Shown here: positions 16,962 through 23,756 of the stretch, in pieces
Layout of the letters: every line of letters starts with the position of its first letter
Position numbering within the stretch: position 1 is the stretch's first letter
From: a virus
Direction: 5' to 3' (one strand)
DNA: 33,551 nt
Virus record (IMG/VR): IMGVR_UViG_3300045988_094565
The notes under the pieces: generated by a model
Databases searched by the model: none
What the model was told of the DNA's origin: nothing
The model's input: the letters and a program-made list of their open reading frames with translations, nothing else
Translations under genes and position numbers: made by a program

Positions 16962-18079
16962 TTTGTCAATAGTTTTGCGACAAGTTTTTGAAAAAATATT
17001 ATGCCGTGATTTTTTCCAACTCTTCTTTAAATAATTCTTCTGATGTTCTAAAACCAAAAATACCCCGTGGGTATGTGTTTATCCAATTTTCTATAAATTC
17101 AATGTCCCTATCTTGCTTTTCGTCAAAATCTTCCCCTTTAGGGATATGGCGGCGTATTAGTTTGTTGGTGTTCTCGTTGGTCCCTCTCTCATAACTACTG
17201 TATGGGTGGCAGTAGAATAGATATGTGCGTTTCTCCCCTGGTGTCAACGCCGAACGCTCCATGCCCTTACAATCCGAAAACTCCACGCCGTTATCTACCG
17301 TGATGCTTCTAAACACTTTAGAAAACATATCTCCCCATTTTCTTTCTAAACGGTCCAGGGCATCCACCACGCTTTCCGCCTTTTGGTCTTTTAGTTTAAA
17401 TATAATCTCGTCCCTGGTCTTTCTCTCTGTTAATACAAGCATACATGATTTTGTAACGCCTTGTTTGCCCTTTACGGTGTCCATTTCCCAATGTCCGAAT
17501 GTTTCACGGGTTGCTACTTCATCCGGGCGGTTCTCTATGCTCTCCCCGGCCGCTGCTCTCTTCTGCACCTGGACTTTCTTATTTTTCTTTTTCTTCTTGC
17601 CCTTAACGGGTAAATGTTTGTTGGTAAGTTTAAGGAATATGCCGTTGTCAATATAGCGGTATAGGGTTCTTACGCTTATAGTGGTACTAAATTCTATCCC
17701 GCTTGTTGCTACTGCTGCCAATGCTGCTTCCGGGCTATATTTATTTTCCACAATCTTATTTTCTATGTATTCCGCCAATTTAATATCATTGCCTATTTTA
17801 ATGTTTCTGCCTTTGCCCTGGGCGTTCCAATCATGGGTCTGTTGCCCCTTATCACTACTATAACGCACCTCTTCCGTATAGTCTGAATTTCTATGTACAT
17901 ACTCGCCCCGTTTCATTTCTCTGTAAATGGTGCTTCTGTGAACGTGTAAATAGTCCGCAACTTCTTGTACGGAATGACCTTTATTAAGTAGTGTTTCCAT
18001 TGATATTCTATCATTTTGGCTTAACTGTTTGTATTTTCTCCCCATAAAAATAACCCCCTTGATACGGCAATAGGGACAA
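16962..18079 (-). mobile_element. IS30-family insertion sequence (ends approximate)
   Basis: A single transposase ORF fills the element. The candidate imperfect terminal inverted repeats TTGTCAATAGTTTTGCGACAAG (16962-) and the reverse complement of 18058-18079, TTGTCCCTATTGCCGTATCAAG, match at 13 of 22 positions. No target-site duplication was confirmed. Confidence 0.4.
16999..18045 (-). CDS. IS30-family DDE transposase
   Basis: N-terminal HTH ...HRSTIYREMKRG. The catalytic core shows FGHWEMDTV (D), ITVDNGVEF (D) and YSSYERGTNENTNKLIRR (E). Confidence 0.85.
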   Translation of the reverse strand: MGRKYKQLSQNDRISMETLLNKGHSVQEVADYLHVHRSTIYREMKRGEYVHRNSDYTEEVRYSSDKGQQTHDWNAQGKGRNIKIGNDIKLAEYIENKIVENKYSPEAALAAVATSGIEFSTTISVRTLYRYIDNGIFLKLTNKHLPVKGKKKKKNKKVQVQKRAAAGESIENRPDEVATRETFGHWEMDTVKGKQGVTKSCMLVLTERKTRDEIIFKLKDQKAESVVDALDRLERKWGDMFSKVFRSITVDNGVEFSDCKGMERSALTPGEKRTYLFYCHPYSSYERGTNENTNKLIRRHIPKGEDFDEKQDRDIEFIENWINTYPRGIFGFRTSEELFKEELEKITA

Positions 18080-18127
18080 CCCGGAATAATCCGTTGTTGT
18101 CCCCGTCTGTTTCCTATGTTCCTTTAT

Positions 18128-18659
18128 TTATTCTGCGATTTCTTCTTTATAGGTTATTTCAATGGTAATACTAAATTCTTTTTCTAATTCATCATAGTAA
18201 TATACATCTTTTCCGGCATCATACCTTAAATGTTTATAGTTGCCGCCGGAAACCTCGGACCATATATTTTCTATGTTTCCCTTTTTCAAAAGGTTCTTTA
18301 CTCTGCTTATGCCGCCCTTTTTAATATCTCCAATGTGGGTATTACATACAAATACTTGTAGTTGCTCCACCCCCCCCCTCACAAGATATAGGGGTTATTG
18401 TGGCTTTTTCGTTCAATTCATATTCATAGATGTTTTCATCTTCCCTATTTTCTTCTATGAGGTCTTTCTTTTTTAACTTGTAATCCTCGTTTTTCTCCAC
18501 AAGGTCCATAATATCTTCCATGTGGTCTTTTACATTATCCAGGATAAAGCGTTGACTTTTTACAATATATCTTGGCTTTTTTTCTTCCGGCATCTGTACG
18601 GGCTGCGGTTGTGCTGCTGCCGTGTTCTTTTTTGAAAATAGGTTGCTAAATAATCCCAT
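18128..18659 (-). pseudogene. Hypothetical gene split by a frameshift in a G9 tract (ORFs 18342..18659 and 18128..18382)
   Basis: Both ORFs read the same GGGGGGGGG as Gly codons. G8 fuses ...TITPISCEGG to VEQLQVFVCNTHIG.... Confidence 0.7.
18370..18378 (-). repeat. G9 homopolymer at the frame break of 18128..18659
   Basis: C9 on the plus strand. Confidence 0.95.
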
Positions 18660-18684
18660 GTTGTGTTCCTCGCTTTCTTCCGTG

Positions 18685-18852
18685 CTACCTTCCTTTAATT
18701 TGGCGTATCAATTTCCACTTTTGCCACCAATTTAAAGTAGGGTTTCTTTTTATAAGTTCTATATCCTCTTTCCCTGGCGGTGGTAATAATCGCATGGCGG
18801 CGGTTAATGCTTCTGTGGCTTCCTTTGCCGTTATTCCGTATTCATTAGGCAT
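18685..18852 (-). CDS. Small hypothetical protein (55 aa, below the track cutoff)
   Basis: Hand translation gives MPNEYGITAKEATEALTAAMRLLPPPGKEDIELIKRNPTLNWWQKWKLIRQIKGR. Its ATG overlaps the stop of the RHH gene (ATGCCTAA). Confidence 0.4.
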   Translation of the reverse strand: MPNEYGITAKEATEALTAAMRLLPPPGKEDIELIKRNPTLNWWQKWKLIRQIKGR

Positions 18853-19045
18853 TGCTTGTATTCTCCATTCTCTGTTTAATAGCCTGGTTAATATATTCGT
18901 TCACGCTTTCCCCGGCGGCTGCTGCCCTTTCTTTAATAACGGCTTTATCTCCCTTTGGTACGGTCAAGTTGATGCGGTCATACTTCTCATTTATAAACTG
19001 ATTTTGGTATTTCACTTGGTCGAACTCTTTTTTTGTTTTTGGCAT
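18845..19045 (-). CDS. Ribbon-helix-helix (Arc/CopG-like) DNA-binding protein
   Basis: RINLTVPKGDKAVIKERAAAAGESVNEYINQAIKQRM shows a beta-strand plus two-helix RHH pattern. Confidence 0.6.
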   Translation of the reverse strand: MPKTKKEFDQVKYQNQFINEKYDRINLTVPKGDKAVIKERAAAAGESVNEYINQAIKQRMENTSNA

Positions 19046-19143
19046 CCGTTGCCCTCTTCCTTTCTCTTGCCTTATGGTATATAATAGGTTTTACAGTTTG
19101 GGCGGCTTTGGCAAGTCCACCGCCCTTTCTGCATCCCTAAAGC

Positions 19144-19284
19144 CTATTCATTAGGCTTTTCTTCATTTCTTGGCTTCGCATCCACAATTCTTCTGATTAA
19201 ATCCAAAATCTCATGTTCGCTATGCCCTTTCTCGTCACACCACTCAATGACTTCTTTAATTTCTTTCTTGTCCATATCTTCCAT
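19144..19284 (-). CDS. Small hypothetical protein (46 aa), first gene after promoter P1
   Basis: Hand translation gives MEDMDKKEIKEVIEWCDEKGHSEHEILDLIRRIVDAKPRNEEKPNE. GAAAGGAG lies upstream of the ATG. Confidence 0.4.
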   Translation of the reverse strand: MEDMDKKEIKEVIEWCDEKGHSEHEILDLIRRIVDAKPRNEEKPNE

Positions 19285-19349
19285 GTTATTCTCCTTTCTC
19301 TGCCGCCCAGGTACTCGTTAGGTTTTATGTATCTCCCTTAACTGTCTTT

Positions 19350-19378
19350 ATTATATATCATATTACGCAATATGTCAA
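19350..19378 (-). promoter_or_regulatory. Promoter P1: TTGACA-17 nt-TATAAT (perfect sigma70-type consensus) with operator-like repeats
   Basis: The minus strand reads TTGACA (19378-19373), a 17-nt spacer, then TATAAT (19355-19350). It lies inside a 61-bp module (19337-19397) that is repeated at 20289-20349. Confidence 0.75.
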
Positions 19379-19728
19379 TACATATTACGCAATATTTATA
19401 AATTTATTTTTATGTGCAATAAGCCCGGCGGAATGTGCCAGGCTTAAAAGTGCGTGTATTTACCATTGATAAAATCACAGAAACAACGGGTTTCAATATA
19501 TAGTTGCATCATATAGGCGTTTTGGGTTTCCGGGCATTGGTCTAAACGATTGTGTATATAAGCAATGCACCCTTGCCCGGTGTATACCTCATTGCTTCCC
19601 CGTTTCACATTAAAACGTGGGTTAAAACTTGTCAGACAGTACCGCAACGCCTATTGTTGCAACCCCTCAACGGTTTATAGTGGCTTGGGACACTCACACC
19701 CGTTCACGGTGTGGCCGTTTTAGTTGCT

Positions 19729-19757
19729 GCCCCGGCATTGCCGCCGGGGTTTTGTTT
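19729..19757 (+). terminator. GC-rich hairpin plus T-run, oriented as a plus-strand intrinsic terminator
   Basis: CCCCGGC-ATTGCC-GCCGGGG (19730-19749), followed by TTTTGTTT on the plus strand. On the minus strand it lies right after the stop of 19756..20052 but has no U-run. Confidence 0.5.
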
Positions 19758-20052
19758 ATCTTTTTCCATTTTTTAATTTTATGTATGCTTCTATTTCATC
19801 TTTGCTTGGAAAATTTCCCCAAAAATCACGCTTCCAACCGCCGTTAAAAAATCTTAATCCGGTAAAATCTTCTTTTTGTCCTTTTATTTTTATATTTCTA
19901 AAATCTACGCCCGTTCTTTTTTCAATTTTATAAATCATTTCTTCCGCATACATCATATCATTATCCAGGCAGAAAACAAATTTTTCATTCCATTCTAATG
20001 TTATGTAATTGTGTCCACTACATCTTATTGTCCATTCGTCTTTTTTGCTCAT
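19756..20052 (-). CDS. Hypothetical protein
   Basis: 98-aa ORF. Confidence 0.5.
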   Translation of the reverse strand: MSKKDEWTIRCSGHNYITLEWNEKFVFCLDNDMMYAEEMIYKIEKRTGVDFRNIKIKGQKEDFTGLRFFNGGWKRDFWGNFPSKDEIEAYIKLKNGKR

Positions 20053-20095
20053 TTTGTTTTTCCTTTCTGCCGGGGACTTTGCCCCGGCTCAATGC

Positions 20096-20257
20096 TTATA
20101 ATGCAGTTTCGATAAGCTCAACCGCTGCCTTTATGGTTTTGAATGTGTGGAACTCTCTAAAGCCTTTCCCCTCTCTTACTGATACATGGTAAGCACCACG
20201 GCTTCCAACCATTCTTGTTATATCATATCCTTTTACTGTTTTTACTACTTCCCACAT
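20096..20257 (-). CDS. Small hypothetical protein (53 aa), first gene after promoter P2
   Basis: Hand translation gives MWEVVKTVKGYDITRMVGSRGAYHVSVREGKGFREFHTFKTIKAAVELIETAL. An AGAGAGGAAAAG RBS lies upstream. Confidence 0.4.
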   Translation of the reverse strand: MWEVVKTVKGYDITRMVGSRGAYHVSVREGKGFREFHTFKTIKAAVELIETAL

Positions 20258-20301
20258 TTTCTTTTCCTCTCTTTCTTTGTGTTCCTCTCTTAACTGTCTT
20301 T

Positions 20302-20330
20302 ATTATATTGCATATTGCGTAATATGTCAA
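20302..20330 (-). promoter_or_regulatory. Promoter P2: TTGACA-17 nt-TATAAT (perfect consensus), second copy of the 61-bp module
   Basis: The minus strand reads TTGACA (20330-20325), a 17-nt spacer, then TATAAT (20307-20302). It differs from P1 at 4 of 61 positions. Confidence 0.75.
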
Positions 20331-20371
20331 TACATATTACGCAATATTTTTAAAAAGTTTTATTTATAAGA

Positions 20372-20400
20372 AAAAGCACACTTTTTAAAGGTGTGCTTTT
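20372..20400 (-). terminator. Intrinsic terminator closing the late/lysis operon (A/T-flanked, potentially bidirectional)
   Basis: AAGCACAC / GTGTGCTT stem flanked by an A-run and a T-run, 64 nt downstream of the endolysin stop. Confidence 0.7.
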
Positions 20401-20463
20401 AGTTCCGTGATATACATTATTTCCTTGCTCTTTTGGTAGCCAAATTCCTAAAGGCGGCGTTGC

Positions 20464-21408
20464 TTATGCTGCTGCTAAATTGGCGGCGTTTACTGCTGCC
20501 GTCACGGTGTTACCGATACCAATAACAATTCTGTCATTCTTAACCTCGATAACATCATATTTACTGTACCAACACTTAAACATATTACCGTAGTAATCGT
20601 AAGCATTGATAACCTTTACTTTCTGCCCTACCTTGAAACCGTGGGCGTTCTCCGTTTCTTCCTGGGTCGGAATGTCGGTTGGTACTTCTGCATCCGCCGG
20701 GGCTTCTGCAATCTCTTCATCCTTTGCAATGTTGGCGGCGTTTACTGCTGCCGTCACGGTGTTGCCGATACCGATAACAACACGGTCCCCGTTTACCTGG
20801 ATAACATCATATTCATCATAATAGGTTGCAAAACGCACCCCGTTGTATGTGATGTTGTCAATCACTCTTACCTTGTCCCCCACCTTATAACCGTGGGTTT
20901 CCTTGTTCGCCGGTCCCTGGTTCTCTCCGTCCCATGTATCATACTGTGTAAGGTTGTAAGAATTGATGATGTTCATTACATTCTTAATGTATGTAGGGCT
21001 TGTTGCATATCCGCCGTTTTTGATTGCGGTAATGGCACTTTCGGCGTTTCCGTTGTTTACTGCTCCGGCATAACGGGAACTTCCGCAAATCAGATTGTAA
21101 TAATCCGCCACGCTCTCTTCTGGGCTATCATAAGCACGGAAAGCGGCGGTAATCTGCGTGTATGTCTTACCGTCATAGCACTCGTTTGTTTTACTACTGT
21201 AAACCTTGCCTTTCCAACTGCTTCCGGCCTTGATGCCAAAAAACGCATTAGCCTTTGTCATAAGCCCGGATGTTCCCCACCCGGTTTCTAATGCGGCCTG
21301 TGCGATACATACAGACGGTAAAACCCATTTATCACGGGTTAAATATTCTTTTCTTGCGATTGCTGCCAATTTTGCAATAAAGGCGTTTACCTGGTCTTTT
21401 GTTGCCAT
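20464..21408 (-). CDS. Endolysin: N-terminal glucosaminidase-type muramidase domain plus two 84-aa SH3-like wall-binding repeats
   Basis: CIAQAALETGWGTS...AFFGIKA motif. There is a tandem internal repeat with a 252-bp period (KVGDKVRVI...GNTVTAAVNAANIA / KVGQKVKVI...GNTVTAAVNAANLA). Confidence 0.8.
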   Translation of the reverse strand: MATKDQVNAFIAKLAAIARKEYLTRDKWVLPSVCIAQAALETGWGTSGLMTKANAFFGIKAGSSWKGKVYSSKTNECYDGKTYTQITAAFRAYDSPEESVADYYNLICGSSRYAGAVNNGNAESAITAIKNGGYATSPTYIKNVMNIINSYNLTQYDTWDGENQGPANKETHGYKVGDKVRVIDNITYNGVRFATYYDEYDVIQVNGDRVVIGIGNTVTAAVNAANIAKDEEIAEAPADAEVPTDIPTQEETENAHGFKVGQKVKVINAYDYYGNMFKCWYSKYDVIEVKNDRIVIGIGNTVTAAVNAANLAAA

Positions 21409-21411
21409 GTC

Positions 21412-21840
21412 TTATTCCTCGCTTTCTTCTTTTTCTTCCGCTTTCGCTGCGTTCTTGTCCCTTAACTGCAAAAGCACATCTTTTAACTGCTGCGGTATGT
21501 TGATAAATTCCGCCGCATTTTCCAAAATGGAAAGTGCTTCATTGCAGATAAAGAAAACAATAACAATTTCCCTTAATGGTATTGTGTCCCCGGTCATTCT
21601 CTGCACGTTGTAGGCAACTGCGATAACCACAAATACCATGATTTTTTTTACAATCCCCTTAAATCCGATTGCACTTGAAAGTTCTTTTTTATAGACTGCT
21701 TTCAAAATGCCCGTGAAATAATCCAGGATAGCAAAAAGCAATATTGTGTATAACATCACATCCCAACCGCCGAACAACGAAACGATAAAACCGCCAACCA
21801 ATCCGCCAATCACGGAAATAAAGTTAAACATTTTCTCCAT
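21412..21840 (-). CDS. Holin (phage_holin_4-like, multi-TM)
   Basis: FGGWDVMLYTILLFAILDYFTGILKA plus further TM segments and a charged C-terminus. Immediately upstream of the endolysin. Confidence 0.8.
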   Translation of the reverse strand: MEKMFNFISVIGGLVGGFIVSLFGGWDVMLYTILLFAILDYFTGILKAVYKKELSSAIGFKGIVKKIMVFVVIAVAYNVQRMTGDTIPLREIVIVFFICNEALSILENAAEFINIPQQLKDVLLQLRDKNAAKAEEKEESEE

Positions 21841-21911
21841 TGTTCCATGCTCCTTTCCTTGTTTTTTACAAGTAAATCATATAATGGAACGGCTTTTTAT
21901 TCTGACCCTTT

Positions 21912-22952
21912 TTACGCCGTTGCTTCCAGGCGTTCCCATTCATAGAATAACAATTCGTATTCAACCGCCTTTGCAATGTGGTATGTGTCGGCGTGTCCTA
22001 AATGTCCCTTTCTGCTTTCATACTTCTGGTTAAATTCTTCCGGCGGCAATTCGCCCAACTCATACGCCTTTACATCTTGCTTTAACTTTCTGATAGATGA
22101 TTTTCTTACTTTCTTGTGGTCTGCATAGTGGATATATCCGCAAAAATCTATGCCATTCCCGGCGTATAGGATTGTGCTTTTAGGGTTAATATGCAAAAGC
22201 ATTTCATTTTCCAAAAATTCTTCTATTCTCTTAACCCATTCTTTTAACTGTTCCAAATCATCCGATAGGATAATAAAATCATCCATGTACCGCACAAAAT
22301 ACGGAATATGTAAAACGTGCTTGCAAAATTTATCTAACTTATTGCCGTACACATTCGCAAATAACTGACTTGTGAGGTTTCCAACGGGTATTCCCACGCC
22401 GTCCGGCAATATGCCGTTGTGGTCTATAATATCATCCATTAACATAAGGGCTTTCTTATCCCCTATATAGCGGCGGTTTTCATCCTTTAATTTGTCATGC
22501 GGTATAGATGCAAAATACTTTGATATATCCCCTTTAAAGGCATACATCCTTAACCCTTGCTTTACCTCTGTTTCATACATCCATTGATACAATGTATCAC
22601 TTGCGGCGTGCATCCCCTTACCGCTCCGGCAAGCGTAAGAATGGTAATAAAATCCGTTTTCAAATACGGGTTGAATAGCGTTACAAATCATGTGTTGCAC
22701 CACTCTATCATAGAACGGTAACGCCATAATAAGCCGTTCTTTTGGCTCAAACACCTTAAATATCTTATATTCCCCTTGCCTATATGTTAAATTCTGTATT
22801 TCCTCGGTTGCTCTTAAAAGTTCCTCTTCCTTAACCATAGAAAAAGCCAATACCTCATTCGTGTACCGCTTGCACCTTGCCGCCTGGTGGAATGAAGTAT
22901 TGGCATTTTCAAAGGTCCCCATTTTCTCATGTAGTCCCTTTACTGTTTTCAT
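21912..22952 (-). CDS. DGR reverse transcriptase
   Basis: RT motifs include RYMDDFIILS (YMDD) and the DGR-diagnostic PVGNLTSQLFANVY ([LIV]GxxxSQ). It lies 160 nt downstream of the TR. Confidence 0.9.
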   Translation of the reverse strand: MKTVKGLHEKMGTFENANTSFHQAARCKRYTNEVLAFSMVKEEELLRATEEIQNLTYRQGEYKIFKVFEPKERLIMALPFYDRVVQHMICNAIQPVFENGFYYHSYACRSGKGMHAASDTLYQWMYETEVKQGLRMYAFKGDISKYFASIPHDKLKDENRRYIGDKKALMLMDDIIDHNGILPDGVGIPVGNLTSQLFANVYGNKLDKFCKHVLHIPYFVRYMDDFIILSDDLEQLKEWVKRIEEFLENEMLLHINPKSTILYAGNGIDFCGYIHYADHKKVRKSSIRKLKQDVKAYELGELPPEEFNQKYESRKGHLGHADTYHIAKAVEYELLFYEWERLEATA

Positions 22953-23111
22953 TTAATCCCTACCAATTTTCAAATATTCTATTTTACTAAAAGGTGGTTT
23001 GCTTTGTTAGTTTGTCCGGTATCGCACCGGAACGGGCAAACCGTCTGACTTACTTAAAATGTAAATCTTTGCTAGTGGCCGCTTGGGCTTCTATGTCTAT
23101 AAAATTGTAAA
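22953..23111 (-). ncRNA. Putative DGR RNA spacer between TR and RT (non-coding, contains nested stem-loops)
   Basis: No ORF. On the minus strand, GTTTG...CCGGT-GCGAT-ACCGG...CAAAC pairing occurs around 23010-23042. The role is inferred by analogy with characterised DGRs. Confidence 0.4.
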
Positions 23112-23238
23112 GTCACACACGCACCGCACACCAATGTTCGTGTTCACGTTCCACGGGTAATTGTTGCAATTGACGGCACGGCTACCGCAATGCACGCCGT
23201 TGTTCCAATTGCCGCCGCCAATGAGGGCGTGCAAGGCT
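23112..23238 (-). repeat. DGR template repeat (TR), 127 nt
   Basis: Aligns without gaps to 23766-23892. All 10 mismatches are at T on the plus strand, which is A on the coding strand of the TR. Confidence 0.92.
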
Positions 23239-23307
23239 CAGAAAGTTCCGTGAACTGGCCCGGTGCATATTAACAGTTTCCCCAAAATAAAATTGGCAAT
23301 GCCAACA

Positions 23308-23697
23308 TTATTTCCAATTTCCATTCTTTACGGCTTCGATTATTCCGCCAATGATACATCCTAATTCTGTCATTTTCTTGCTCAATACTTCGTATCTGTG
23401 TTTGCTCATTGCCGGATATTCCAAATCGTAGGAAAGCCGTATGAGGGTTTTGATAAACTGCAACTCTACATCTGCGTTATATATATGGCTCTTTGTCCCG
23501 GTCTTTCTAAATCTGATTACTGATTTAAGCATTTCAAAAACCGCCGTTTTAATTTGGCTCTGCAATGCGAATTTCTCAAATTTCGGAAACTGTGACAATA
23601 TGGGATAAAGGTATAAAAGAAAATCATAGGTCTTTTGATACGCTTTCATGCTCTCCATATACGCATCCGCTTGATTGCTTTTCTTGTTCTCTGCCAT
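23308..23697 (-). CDS. avd: DGR accessory variability determinant (Avd, four-helix-bundle family)
   Basis: 129 aa, helical and basic, positioned between the target gene and the TR. The pattern resembles Avd / 23S rRNA-IVS family proteins. Confidence 0.8.
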   Translation of the reverse strand: MAENKKSNQADAYMESMKAYQKTYDFLLYLYPILSQFPKFEKFALQSQIKTAVFEMLKSVIRFRKTGTKSHIYNADVELQFIKTLIRLSYDLEYPAMSKHRYEVLSKKMTELGCIIGGIIEAVKNGNWK

Positions 23698-23729
23698 GTT
23701 TTTATCCTCGGTTTATATATTTTTCTATG

Positions 23730-23749
23730 GGGTGGGCTTTCGCCCACCC
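23730..23749 (-). promoter_or_regulatory. 8-bp GC-rich hairpin with GAAA tetraloop, 16 nt downstream of VR
   Basis: The minus strand reads GGGTGGGC-GAAA-GCCCACCC. It lies between the target stop codon and avd. Confidence 0.75.
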
Positions 23750-23756
23750 TGGCAGA

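Noticed and set aside
16999-18045. IS30-type transposase as the phage integrase
   Set aside because: It has its own terminators and candidate inverted repeats and sits in an intergenic position, consistent with a secondary IS insertion. There is no evidence that it mobilises the whole phage. The idea is kept only as a caveat.
19444-19647. 67-aa ORF in the non-coding gap
   Set aside because: It is Cys- and aromatic-rich with no SD or start-associated sequence, and it overlaps the predicted stem-loops. Probably not coding.
20068-20090. GCCGGGG-CAAAGT-CCCCGGC hairpin between the first two P2 genes as a terminator
   Set aside because: No U-run follows it on the minus strand. It might be an attenuator or processing site, but the sequence gives no further support.
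23112-23238. TR as an ordinary duplicated gene fragment or pseudogene copy of the target 3' end
   Set aside because: Divergence is restricted to adenines of one copy. That copy lies next to avd and an RT, which is not what neutral duplication predicts.
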